NCBI GenBank assembly: GCA_047495785.1
Contig: JBLDXI010000013.1
Location: 4,526,001 to 4,590,000, forward strand
DNA length: 64,000 bases
Source of the DNA: Lepidodermella squamata
Taxonomy: Eukaryota > Animalia > Gastrotricha
Direction: 5' to 3'
Shown here: positions 12,144 to 25,800 of the stretch, piece by piece
Layout of the letters: every line of letters begins with the position of its first letter
Position numbering within the stretch: position 1 is the first letter of the stretch
The notes under the pieces: generated by a model
Database searches by the model: none
Seen by the model: only the letters and a program-made list of their open reading frames with translations
Told to the model about the DNA's origin: nothing
Translations under genes and position numbers: made by a program

Positions 12144-14334
12144 GAAGGTGAGATCAACATTTCCTATTATTTTCGAGAAAATCGAAGGGGGTGTGTTTTG
12201 AGATAAATTGAGGTGAAGTAGCCACCCGAAATCACTTGTCACTTGCGTTGATTATGCCGTATTTTTTATAGTGATGTTGACAAGTGATTTTCAGGTCACG
12301 CGATCAAGAAGCAAAAACTCTTGATGAATCATTTCGGCACACATAAATGTACTAGCGTGTCAGATCTATCTTTTTTATTTATCTATGGTTGTAAGTAATG
12401 TGGCTTGCTAGTGTGCGCGCGTGCCTTATTTTATTACCCCTAATAATGCGAACCGCCGACCCAAAAATGCGTGCCGTCCGTTGCACGTTGCACATTTCAA
12501 ATTTTTCCAATTGGCAATTTTTCCGGGAGGCATTACACCGAATCGTTACAGGAACCGTTATCGGAACCATTACGATCTTGTAATTGCTTTCGCAACGATA
12601 AGTCGAGTCTCACAACTGGAGAAAGCGTGACAACAACGATAATTAACAGACTTTTTTCGTGCGACGACTGTTGTAATTATTTATTTAGCATTGTAATTGT
12701 TTTTTGGCTAAACCCCCGCCAGCAAAACCCGTGCAAATTTTTACAGTGTGACACAAAACTAATGAAAGATAGCTACTTAATATATCAGCAGCTCAAAACG
12801 CGAACAGTATAACAAACATAGTTCACGTGCGAAAAACAAAAACATGCGAGCTAAGTCACCTGACAGAAGATGTAGGTACTTTTAAAAGCGCGGTGCAGGG
12901 TGCAGCTCAGCCTTGCTAGTGAAATTCGATTCGGGGTAATTGCAAACGCCATTGCAAACGCCAGGTAGCGGGAACCAAACCAACTTAGTAAACCAAAGTA
13001 AATTAAAGAATTTTCAGTGATGATTTCTAACTTATACCTCTAATCGAAGTCTCTGCCGACATTGCCTGCCCATTCTGTATCCCATTCTGTATAAAAAAGC
13101 GTAAGAGTCACTTGCAAGGACAGAATGAGTTAAGTACTTGCCTTGATTTTGAAAAAAACGCGATCGAAACTGCGGCGATATGGTGGAAAACAACCGGTTT
13201 GCCTTGCAGCTTGGACATAAAAGCAATGAGAAAAATTAGTATTAGTTCACCCTCGTAGAAACTGAGATAAACATACGTTCAGTTCGCGCCAGCCCGATTG
13301 AATTAGCGATTCACAGCTGAAGGCAAATTAGGCAAAAAATATCTAAGATGATAAAACGATCAAATTTGAGGGGAAAGATGAATAAAAGTTTTTGAATGAT
13401 CAAGAGTTCTAGATAACTTGTTCACCTAGAGGCAGAAATCTAGATAGAAATGTAAGTGAAAAGTTGGAAAGTGTTAGAAAGTAACCGATAATTGCTAATA
13501 TTCGTTCCATTTAAGGAGCTCATTGTTGTTAATGCAATGTTCAAGTTGTTCATTTTGGTGAAAGAAAATTGTTTTATTATCGTTAGTATGTGCCTTCTTC
13601 TCTTGAAGTAATTAAATTTTACGTTTCTTTCCGCAATGAAAGCGGATCTTCGGTCGCGTGACAACAAATTTTACGTTAATTTCGGTCGAAAAAGTGTATC
13701 ATCGGCTGTGCATCGGTAAATTTTACGTTTCTTTGCGCAGCTCTACTCAAACGCCCTCGGAAAAGTCATAGAAAATTTAAGAGTGTAGCTTTAATTTCAT
13801 GGAAACATTTGAAAAGTGACCTTTTGCTTATCCAAAAATAGGATCCGCATCATGCGGATTTGGTTCCGCTAAAAAAGACATTCTGAATTTTATAATATTG
13901 TAAATTTTCTAATTTTATTAATTTAGCTATCAAAATAATTAAAAACGAATTTCCCTCAAATTTCGAAAATTTAGCTTAGTATGGATTGAAACGGATAAAA
14001 CGACCGGCTTTCATTTCACAGAAAACTGCTGCGCCGTGACCCAATTTTTGACACGTATCTACAAAAAGTTCGGTTAAATGGAAATTTTATTAACTGATCA
14101 GTTAAAACATGTAAACAATCGAATACTTTCAGTTACGCAGATCCCAGCATGTAGACATTTCCTCCCATTATAAGGGGTTTAACTATAGATACAAAATGAG
14201 CACAAACGCTATATAAAATCGAGGTGAAAAGTACCAAGCATGAAGGGATAAACGGGAGATATGAGTATAATAATGTATAATTCAGAATATTGAGCAAGTC
14301 AAGCGAGGAATACCCGGCCATTTTGCATTCAAGC

Positions 14335-15270
14335 TTAATCGTTGCTTCCATCTTCCAGGACGAATAGGAAGTCGCCTCCAACTACAAACGATAGCTGCTC
14401 AGGTTCAGTGACGCCCGACTGGTCCGCAGAAGCCTTCGTCTCGGCCACGTCGCCACCAGGTACCTGTATCATAAAAGAGAATGAGATGAGATGAATAAAA
14501 TGAACGAAGTTGAAAAAACTAGCTTCTATCGGTGAAGCGTTTTTTATTTCAGCAATCGCGAGTTTCTCAACAGGTTCTATGACGCCCGACTGGTCTGGAG
14601 GTGGACACTTCTCGTCAGCATTGCCAGCATTTTTGAAAGCAGGAGCTGAATCGGCATCATCGATAATTTCAACCTTGTACTCTGATTTAGCAATTACCGC
14701 GGGAGGTTTAACGACCTGGAAAACATCCACCCATTATAATAAAGACCAAGAAGTAATTGACTTAGAGGGCAAACCTTCACGAGTGACGGCGTGTAAAAAT
14801 TTACGGGACCGAGACATTTGATCACTCCTTCGAACACAGACCAGGTGACTGGCAGGCGTTCCGGCTTGAACAACCATGAAGGCGGTTCGACAGATGGATC
14901 GCGGTGATACGATTCGCCCCATACCCACATATTTCCCAAGTTGGTAACAGCAATCGAGGTGTCGCCGACAGCTAGGACTTGAACAAATTTCGTGTTGGAA
15001 AAGTAGCCCAGATTAGGTAGCAAGCGACCGTCGTCCCAGGATGTGAGCTGCCCGTGGTTATTTTCGCCCCATCCAAATATTTGACCTGATTCGTTAAGGG
15101 CCAGAGTATGACTAGTTCCACTTGAAATGTTTGTTATCGATGCGTGCTCAATCTGGAAAATTCACAATTTAATGAACAAATTTAATACGATATTTGCGAA
15201 ATTACCTGCTTCATTTTCGAGGAATCGGTCGAGTAGATATTGCTTAATTTATCGACGGCATAGGTAGCGT
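14335..15270 (-). pseudogene. 5'-truncated copy of RCC1-like gene A
   Basis: Matches 17462-18397. Breaks inside coding exon 2 and has no start exon. Confidence 0.85.
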
Positions 15271-17461
15271 GAAGGTGAGATCAACATTTCCTATTATTTT
15301 CGAGAAAATCGAAGGGGGTGTGTTTTGAGATAAATTGAGGTGAAGTAGCCACCCGAAATCACTTGTCACTTGCGTTGATTATGCCGTATTTTTTATAGTG
15401 ATGTTGACAAGTGATTTTCAGGTCACGCGATCAAGAAGCAAAAACTCTTGATGAATCATTTCGGCACACATAAATGTACTAGCGTGTCAGATCTATCTTT
15501 TTTATTTATCTATGGTTGTAAGTAATGTGGCTTGCTAGTGTGCGCGCGTGCCTTATTTTATTACCCCTAATAATGCGAACCGCCGACCCAAAAATGCGTG
15601 CCGTCCGTTGCACGTTGCACATTTCAAATTTTTCCAATTGGCAATTTTTCCGGGAGGCATTACACCGAATCGTTACAGGAACCGTTATCGGAACCATTAC
15701 GATCTTGTAATTGCTTTCGCAACGATAAGTCGAGTCTCACAACTGGAGAAAGCGTGACAACAACGATAATTAACAGACTTTTTTCGTGCGACGACTGTTG
15801 TAATTATTTATTTAGCATTGTAATTGTTTTTTGGCTAAACCCCCGCCAGCAAAACCCGTGCAAATTTTTACAGTGTGACACAAAACTAATGAAAGATAGC
15901 TACTTAATATATCAGCAGCTCAAAACGCGAACAGTATAACAAACATAGTTCACGTGCGAAAAACAAAAACATGCGAGCTAAGTCACCTGACAGAAGATGT
16001 AGGTACTTTTAAAAGCGCGGTGCAGGGTGCAGCTCAGCCTTGCTAGTGAAATTCGATTCGGGGTAATTGCAAACGCCATTGCAAACGCCAGGTAGCGGGA
16101 ACCAAACCAACTTAGTAAACCAAAGTAAATTAAAGAATTTTCAGTGATGATTTCTAACTTATACCTCTAATCGAAGTCTCTGCCGACATTGCCTGCCCAT
16201 TCTGTATCCCATTCTGTATAAAAAAGCGTAAGAGTCACTTGCAAGGACAGAATGAGTTAAGTACTTGCCTTGATTTTGAAAAAAACGCGATCGAAACTGC
16301 GGCGATATGGTGGAAAACAACCGGTTTGCCTTGCAGCTTGGACATAAAAGCAATGAGAAAAATTAGTATTAGTTCACCCTCGTAGAAACTGAGATAAACA
16401 TACGTTCAGTTCGCGCCAGCCCGATTGAATTAGCGATTCACAGCTGAAGGCAAATTAGGCAAAAAATATCTAAGATGATAAAACGATCAAATTTGAGGGG
16501 AAAGATGAATAAAAGTTTTTGAATGATCAAGAGTTCTAGATAACTTGTTCACCTAGAGGCAGAAATCTAGATAGAAATGTAAGTGAAAAGTTGGAAAGTG
16601 TTAGAAAGTAACCGATAATTGCTAATATTCGTTCCATTTAAGGAGCTCATTGTTGTTAATGCAATGTTCAAGTTGTTCATTTTGGTGAAAGAAAATTGTT
16701 TTATTATCGTTAGTATGTGCCTTCTTCTCTTGAAGTAATTAAATTTTACGTTTCTTTCCGCAATGAAAGCGGATCTTCGGTCGCGTGACAACAAATTTTA
16801 CGTTAATTTCGGTCGAAAAAGTGTATCATCGGCTGTGCATCGGTAAATTTTACGTTTCTTTGCGCAGCTCTACTCAAACGCCCTCGGAAAAGTCATAGAA
16901 AATTTAAGAGTGTAGCTTTAATTTCATGGAAACATTTGAAAAGTGACCTTTTGCTTATCCAAAAATAGGATCCGCATCATGCGGATTTGGTTCCGCTAAA
17001 AAAGACATTCTGAATTTTATAATATTGTAAATTTTCTAATTTTATTAATTTAGCTATCAAAATAATTAAAAACGAATTTCCCTCAAATTTCGAAAATTTA
17101 GCTTAGTATGGATTGAAACGGATAAAACGACCGGCTTTCATTTCACAGAAAACTGCTGCGCCGTGACCCAATTTTTGACACGTATCTACAAAAAGTTCGG
17201 TTAAATGGAAATTTTATTAACTGATCAGTTAAAACATGTAAACAATCGAATACTTTCAGTTACGCAGATCCCAGCATGTAGACATTTCCTCCCATTATAA
17301 GGGGTTTAACTATAGATACAAAATGAGCACAAACGCTATATAAAATCGAGGTGAAAAGTACCAAGCATGAAGGGATAAACGGGAGATATGAGTATAATAA
17401 TGTATAATTCAGAATATTGAGCAAGTCAAGCGAGGAATACCCGGCCATTTTGCATTCAAGC

Positions 17462-19123
17462 TTAATCGTTGCTTCCATCTTCCAGGACGAATAGGAAGTC
17501 GCCTCCAACTACAAACGATAGCTGCTCAGGTTCAGTGACGCCCGACTGGTCCGCAGAAGCCTTCGTCTCGGCCACGTCGCCACCAGGTACCTGTATCATA
17601 AAAGAGAATGAGATGAGATGAATAAAATGAACGAAGTTGAAAAAACTAGCTTCTATCGGTGAAGCGTTTTTTATTTCAGCAATCGCGAGTTTCTCAACAG
17701 GTTCTATGACGCCCGACTGGTCTGGAGGTGGACACTTCTCGTCAGCATTGCCAGCATTTTTGAAAGCAGGAGCTGAATCGGCATCATCGATAATTTCAAC
17801 CTTGTACTCTGATTTAGCAATTACCGCGGGAGGTTTAACGACCTGGAAAACATCCACCCATTATAATAAAGACCAAGAAGTAATTGACTTAGAGGGCAAA
17901 CCTTCACGAGTGACGGCGTGTAAAAATTTACGGGACCGAGACATTTGATCACTCCTTCGAACACAGACCAGGTGACTGGCAGGCGTTCCGGCTTGAACAA
18001 CCATGAAGGCGGTTCGACAGATGGATCGCGGTGATACGATTCGCCCCATACCCACATATTTCCCAAGTTGGTAACAGCAATCGAGGTGTCGCCGACAGCT
18101 AGGACTTGAACAAATTTCGTGTTGGAAAAGTAGCCCAGATTAGGTAGCAAGCGACCGTCGTCCCAGGATGTGAGCTGCCCGTGGTTATTTTCGCCCCATC
18201 CAAATATTTGACCTGATTCGTTAAGGGCCAGAGTATGACTAGTTCCACTTGAAATGTTTGTTATCGATGCGTGCTCAATCTGGAAAATTCACAATTTAAT
18301 GAACAAATTTAATACGATATTTGCGAAATTACCTGCTTCATTTTCGAGGAATCGGTCGAGTAGATATTGCTTAATTTATCGACGGCATAGGTAGCGTCTT
18401 CAGTGCACGCCACATACATTGCAACCGTTGTTGGGAAAGCCGCGAAATTGACACCCCAGCCGTTGTCATGGCCTAAAAGCGCGCGATTGGCTTTCGAATT
18501 TTTCTTGCCATACGGCAGGCCACCCCAGGTAACAACGCGCCCGTTACCGCATACATAGGCAGCGTGGTTCAAGCCAACCGCTGCGGTAAACGCATAGCCC
18601 TGAAAGATTAAAATGTAGTTAAAAACAATCATTCAATTTTTTGTCGGCAAACCTTGCAGACTAATTTTAACACTGTTTCATCGCAATCAACATGATTTAA
18701 TTCATAAAGGTCGTTGCTCTTCGTTAAGAACAGCACTCGAATGCTTCCGAGTGATGATATGATGTTTGAAATTTCGACATTGCGCAGTTGTTCCAATTCG
18801 TGGATCTCCAGATCTTCTTGAGACTTCGAAAAAAACCAGACGGTAGATGAGCAATCGATATTTTTGAGCTGCGGGTGCTTTGACACGCACAAAATCAGCC
18901 GCTTATCGCTCAAGTCCGTTAGATCAGCGTCCATCGCTTTTTTTGGATCGCGCAGATTCCACACATGAAAAGCGGTCACAAAATTTACCCACGTTTCAGG
19001 CACAAGCGAAAAAATCAAGTGATCAGGCAGTGCCTGGCAATACAAGTTCAGTTGTTGGGGATCGAAATCGGGGAGAGTCGGCTTTCTCGTGGAAAGATGG
19101 GATGTATTCACTTTTTTAGGCAT
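17462..19123 (-). CDS. RCC1-repeat protein A (divergent RCBTB-like, no BTB)
   Basis: Exons 19123-18653, 18599-18333, 18279-17902, 17842-17651, 17590-17462. RCC1 motifs AAVGLNHAAYVCGNGRVVTWG, ISSGTSHTLALNESGQIFGWGENNHGQL, SIAVTNLGNMWVWG. Confidence 0.82.
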
Positions 19124-19735
19124 TTCTGAACACAAATACAAATACGGAAGTGGAAAAGGTAGAAATCTCCTTTGAGTGATAAGCTGTTGTGTGAGAAAAA
19201 GTGCAAATAACCAGGTCACCTCTCGCAATTAGGTCGCGCGCCCCTCATGCGCTGAAGTCAAATAAAAATCGGCAAGTTGCGTGCAATATTACCTCCAGTA
19301 TTTCCAGCCGATTTATGTTTCATTCCGTCACATCAATAGTCGATGATTGCGTAGTACTTTGTGATTGTATCTGGGAACGTTGCCGCACCATGACCCATTT
19401 TTCGGATGTCAAGGAGAAGTCGGCCAAAAGACATCCGTAATTTAAAAAAAAATTGTTTTGGCGTCAATTTCGAAATTTCAGCTAATAATGATAGCTATAA
19501 ACAAGCGTACAAAGTTACAAGGGGGTATTAACATTTTATTGTCATAACTTCGAAATAGGAAAATGGAATACCAGCCAGTAAAATGTTTACGTATGTACGG
19601 GTACGTACGCGGTAGAAAATTAAGGCTGCGATTTCCAATAACGGCAACATTTGAAACATGGATAACAAATATAAAAAAAACATTAATCCAGGAGTATGGA
19701 AGCGGAACGAGAATGTCCCATCGAACACGTAGCGG

Positions 19736-21670
19736 TCAATTGTTATCGCTAGCAACAATCCCGACTTCAACGAGGTCGTAATCAACTGAAATATCCAATA
19801 TTTCGATGGCATCCTCATCGTCATCGTCATCGTCACTATCGAACCAAAAACCTAAAACCTAAAAAAATAAATTCAATAAAGAAAAAATAGTAATTAGGAA
19901 TCATCTCATTTCATCTTACATTATCTTCTTCTATTATTGCGATACCAGGCTCAGCGGATGGCGGAAGCACGGGTAAATGAACCTGGAAAAGCCGATATAT
20001 AATTCAAAACAATCTTGGTGGGCGAAATTGACGTACATGTACAAGAGACGGCGTGAAGAAATTCCGCTGCCCAAGACATTTTATCAGAGCATCAAATAAC
20101 GACCACGACCTCGGCAGGCGCTCCGGCCTGATAAACCATGGACCAGTTTGCTTTTTGTGGTGAGATTCACCCCATACGAACATTTTGCACTCGTCGGTGA
20201 TGGCTATTGACAAGTGGCCAGCAGCCAGCACTTCAACGTAATTCTTTTGCGAATAGCGATAGTTAACGTTCAGCTTGACGAATTCCCCTTTACTCGCAGT
20301 CAACCGGCCGTGATTGTATTCGCGCCAGCCAATGATCGAACCTTCTGAGTCCAACGTCAGGCCGTTCTCAGTACCACACGACAATAAATGCAACGAACCC
20401 TGTTCGACCTATTTAATATTGCAACAAAACAAAATTACAGTGTGTCCCAGAATTTGCGAAACTCATAGAGATCAGATTAACCTGATCTGATCTGATCTCT
20501 ATGGCGCAACTATTTTTTTATTTGGAAACTTTTTGTAGGAAATTTATATAACTTTTTCAAATTAAACCTACCGAGAAAATATTTCATATTTTTTACGCGA
20601 TTTGACCGACGAAATGAAAAATTTACCGGAGTAAACCTGGAAAACCCCGATGGTTCGGTAATTTTCGGTATATAGCAGATAGCATTTTTGTTAGCTTCCG
20701 AGTGGCGTAAAAGGTCCAATGGATTGGAGCATTTCACTGAGGAAAATGCAGCAAGAAAAAAATAAACATGATGCGCCTCTATTACATACAGAATTCACAA
20801 AGTTCCAATGGAGCTCGGATACTTATTCCCAAGGAATAAACGGCGAAACATAGAAAAATATTATGCCATTCATACAAACCTGGTGAATACAACTCGCATC
20901 GGTCGAATGCAGGTTTCCCCATTTCGATATTACGTAGGTAGAGTTGGCCGTGCAGGCAACTCTAGCATGGTTAACATCAGTTGGAGGCAAACAGGCGTAG
21001 TTGACGTTTCGGCGACCGTCGTGACCTAACAATAAATAATTCTTTCTCGAAATAGCCGGGTCACCTCTCGAATTATCAATGCCACCCCAGGTGACAACGC
21101 GTCCATCAACTCTTACGAACGCAGCATGATTCAGGCCAGCCGCCGCGGTGATCACGTTCTGTAGTAATTAGAATTGCGATTCGAATAGAATATGCAAACT
21201 TTCAAACAAACCTTGCTGACCAGCCTCAAAGCAGAATCAAGGTCGCGGTTTTCAGGTTTTGCATGGCGAGTCTTAAGGAGAGCCTCATTGAATTCCCAAA
21301 GGACATGATCCACCGTAAGCACCAAAAAGCTTTTGCTACCGATTGACGAAATAATATTCATTATTCCGACTCTTCTAAGTTTTTTCAACTCTTCGATTTG
21401 TACACTTTCCTTTGGTTTCGAGAGAACCCAGACAGATGGCCCCGAATCACCTGTGAGCCGAGGATTTTTCGCCAGGCATAATATCAGCCGCTTATTACGT
21501 AGGCTAGTTGGATCAGCCGCCGACGTAACAGGATCACGATTCCACACGTGAAAACTGGTGATAAGTTTCGTCCAGTCCGCTGGCACGATAGAAAATATGG
21601 GATGTTTCGGCATTTCCCAGCAATTTAAATTTGCTCTTTGAGGGTCGTAAGTAATCTCAATTTCATTCAT
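19736..21670 (-). CDS. RCC1-repeat protein B (paralog of A)
   Basis: Exons 21670-21212, 21158-20880, 20408-20037, 19982-19920, 19858-19736. The first three introns fall at positions equivalent to gene A. Motifs AAAGLNHAAFVRVDGRVVTWGG, SIAITDECKMFVWGES. Acidic tail. Confidence 0.82.
20464..20503. mobile_element. 40-bp CATAG mini-element
   Basis: CATAGAGATCAGAT...ATCTGATCTCTATG (14-bp TIR) flanked by GCGAAACT / GCGCAACT (7/8 TSD), in an intron of gene B. Confidence 0.7.
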
Positions 21671-22843
21671 TTCAGCTGTAACACGTCCGAGGCTAATTTT
21701 GAAAAGAAAAGTAATGTTCAAAATGATAATAATAACAGAAGACTCAAATAACATCAAATCGTCGCCTGCGGGACCATTTTTTGCACTAACTCGTATTCAT
21801 AGCCAATTCACGCCGATAAAATCGCGAATTCGTCCCTTGATTAAACAGTCTGCAGTCTGGATAACAGAAACGGCTTACAATGAGCTCAGCTTTGCAAATT
21901 AGCTCATCAGCCTCCAAAATGATAAATTACAAAATAAAACATGAAAATCCGAGCATTGAAAACGTGGTGGAAGAAACAAGATTCAATGATTTCGCGTTAT
22001 GACCCAATGATTGAAAAAACTGGGTCATCGGGTAGCCCCAAGTATTCCAAGTTCTTTCGTTCGGGATTAAAATCGAGAACGGACTGTGTGGTAGCATCTC
22101 CAGACTGCACACAACTCTCAACTTGAGGCATTTTGAAACAATCTCAGAGATATAACTCGGCTGCAGCTGATTTTTCAATCGAAAGTTTTGGCCATCAGCA
22201 ATGAGAACGAGTGAAACTATTCTGGTCATCAGGTATAATTAGGTCGCGGCCTTTCCGCGCAACGGCCAGTTAACAGCCGCCGCTGTTACTGTAATAATTA
22301 TTACCGACTTTCATTTCAGAGAAAACTGCTGCGCCGTGGCCCAATTTTTGACACGTAAAAGAACCGCATTGCTGATGAAAACAAGTCGTTATTTATTACT
22401 TTTAAATTTCGCATTTTTCAGTTCACTATAATGTAATATATTCTAATTTTGTCATGAAATATATTACTGATGATATCAGAGACACGATAAAATTGTGCTT
22501 TTCTCAGAAAGATGAGAGACAATAATATAACATATACAGATTTATCAATACGATGAGAGCAGAGAGAAAGAGAGAAAAAAATCAATCATCGATGTCAATA
22601 AATTTTATCAAACACAAAAGAGCGAAACAAATACAATTTAATTTATTATTGTTAAAATCGAGCTCATCTCCACGTTTTAATTATAAGGCACACGTATAAG
22701 AAATAAAAGCAGTATAATTTCGTGATATCGGGGGAAAACGATAGATTTTTTGGTGATATAAAATTGCTGTGTCGATAAAATATTGTGGCATTAATAATAT
22801 AATTGAAACAAAAATATTTCAAAAGATTTGTCTGATCAATTCT

Positions 22844-25800
22844 TCACAAATAACTGACAAATTCGTAGTCGCCGAACGGCGCCGGCGGTGGTACGAGGAT
22901 TGTTTCAACCGCCGAATTTATACTATCATCAGTCGGCTCTTCATCCACCTCAATTTCCTCCTCCTCCTCCTCATCAACCGGCGAGCCTAACTCATCGTCC
23001 TTCACCTCCATTTCGCCGCTGTTTATCGACTCGGGCGTTAAGGCGGCGGCGGCGATGGCGATCATTTCCGAGTTACTCGGCGGCTCTTCGACGGGCACGA
23101 TAACCGGTTGAGGCGGGTTAACCTCAGCCGGCGGCGAGTTGTTAACAACCGGCTGCGGTTGGACTAAAATCGTAGTCGACGGCGGCGATAACCGAGTCGG
23201 AACCAGCGGCAGGTGTGGCTGGGCCGTTGCCGCCGCCGCGATCACGTGACGCGGCCGCCTCGGATTATCAGCCGCATCCACGCGAATCGACAACGCCTGC
23301 GGTTCTTGTTTAACGACTTTATTTTTACTCTGCTGTTGATTCTGCGGGCCGTATTGGTGTAAAACAGCCGATGGTACCCAAACAGCTGTTCGAACTGTAT
23401 CGTTGCTATTTTCCGTCGTGCAAGTGTCTGTATCGGATTGGATGCTGGGCGCGTGCTGGCGGCGTTTGGGCGGCGCGATTTTCGGCGCCGGTTTTTTGTT
23501 GTTGTTATTATTCGAACTCGCCTTAGAACTACCCCCGCTTAATACCCCACTCTCTAGGCCGTTATTCGACGAGGATGACGAAAAAATGCCGGATTGATGG
23601 CCTGAGCTTGACGTGTTAGTCTGAACCCCTGTCACCACGCCGTTCGACCCGACTGAAATGCCGTACGAGTTCAAATCTAGCGAGGAAGATGGCGGTAAGG
23701 AACTGCCGCTATTCTGCCGTAAACTCGAGGCGGTTGATGTCCGGCTTTCCTGGGTTAGGACTGACCCGTTTAATTCATTCATCTTTTTTGTTTGTTTTTC
23801 CTTAGTCCAAGGCTTAACCGTTAGAATTCGCCCGTTTTGCTGCTGATTTGCGGCAATTTCGTTGCTGATTTGACCCGGCTCAATTGTCGGCAGGGTCACG
23901 TGGGCGACAATTACGCCGATGTTTTCGGTTGAGCCGAAGCATTGCGCTAGGTCGAGCAGGCGTTTAGCGGCTTGGATGGGCGTTTCGATTGAGCTTCGTA
24001 CAACTTCTTGGCAAACTTCGGCGTATGTGACGAATCGCCACAGGTTGCGGTTGCCGATGACGACGGTTGCGTAGCCGCCGCCGCTTGACGGTGTTGAGGC
24101 GTTGTTAGCTCGTGAGCCGCTGATGTCAATGTCGAAGACGGTGACGTTGGGGCTGGGGATGACGGCGGGGAAGAGGTAGCCACAGCCGAGCATTCGAGTC
24201 ACTTCCGAAACCCCATTGACCTTGCAGTTCTGGAAAAATTAGAAAGTTAGAAATTAAAAATCGTCAAAGTATCGAAAATCCGATAATGCTTATAGACGTA
24301 TGGAATTGGAAATTTTCTGAAGTTTTCAATTTAGCGAAAACAACAAATCAATTAAACCAGGGGATTTCAAAATTTTCGAAATTTAGGTTGAAATTTTGAA
24401 ATTGAAATTTTTCGAAGATTAAAGCGAAAATAAAAAAGAATTCTAGACTCAGAATTTGAAGGACATCAAAAAGCAAATCAAAGTCAATTGGACCACGATT
24501 TAGAAAAAATGTCCCGGATATTTTTCGGAACCAAATTTGGCGGTGATTTTTCGAATAACTTTGTTAATCACACAGTATTTACCTTAATTTATTATATTTT
24601 TTCATAACTAATCATACAATTCCCGAAAATAACAAAATGGAATTTTCAGCTCGTTAAATATGAAAGTTAGCGATTCCGTAAATTCGGCTCTTCAACAGGC
24701 AAATTTTGTTACACCAAAAGTAGGACCAGTTTTGTTCCAAAAAAAATTTAAAATTGAATTTTTACAAATCTGAGTTAACGGCACTAATATCGTCAATCGT
24801 ATCGGAAATTCGGGTAAAAATTGCCAAATCTACTATTGAATTTTAATTGAATTTTCAATTTTTTTGGGCAATTAATAATCAATCTTAAAAGATGGCAAAG
24901 AACTTGAACCCAAAAGTTGAATAAAATCTCACAATTTCGCAGTTCTGACGTCCAAGTCATAAAAAATTTGATTCCTAGTTTTTCGGCTTATATGATTCAT
25001 TCCTTTTTTATGAAAATATCGTTTCTATGGAGAATTGAATCAGTTGCATAAAGTAGGACACTTACATCGGTTATGACACAGCCCTCTTGAATCGCCCGCG
25101 AAACATCCTCAACATTGCTATCGACTCGGAAATTTTCCGTCAGCACCCTGAAACTGCCATCTCGATAGCACAGCAACACCTCCACATCGCCAACATTGCC
25201 CACAAAAAGCCTCAACTTCGCATGCGATGAATCACCAGACGGCGCCACAAAGTGACAAATCGCCGCCGAAGCTCCTAACCGCTGGCCAACAGCCTTCAGT
25301 TCACGATGAGCGCCTAAAAACGCGCGTTTCATATGCGAACCATCGGACTGAAGCAAGGCGGCCGAAGATCGTTCTTCGCATTCTTCCGCGACAAGTTCCG
25401 CAGCGGTATTCTGCAAAATTTTCGGCACCTCTGCGCTCAGGCCGCCGTCGAAGAGCGCCGCGAAACTTTCGTTGTGATTCGACCGGAAATTTTCGAGCGT
25501 TTTCGAATACACGGACGGCTTGTTGCGACTACCCGCCGTTCTCGCGACGCCGAATTGCACGGAAAACGCGTTATGCCGGCCGTTGGCTAGATTTTTGCGA
25601 TTCCCGAAATTGCTACCCGCAACGCCGTTTCGCTGCGACATTTCGTCGAACGCCATGATTTGAAGCTGTTCAGACAGCGATTGGATGAACTCGCCATCGC
25701 CGAAGTGAAGGCCCGGATTGCCCGTTAAATCCAACTCGCTTAAATGAAGCGGATTTCGCGGGAAAATATCGAGAACGTGACCAGTTAATCGATTGCAGGA

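Larger units (their letters stand above)
9048..18397. repeat. 3127-bp tandem triplication
   Basis: ORF translations recur identically at +3127 and +6254. Junctions at 12143 and 15270. The first copy lacks the 32-bp junction insert. Confidence 0.97.
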
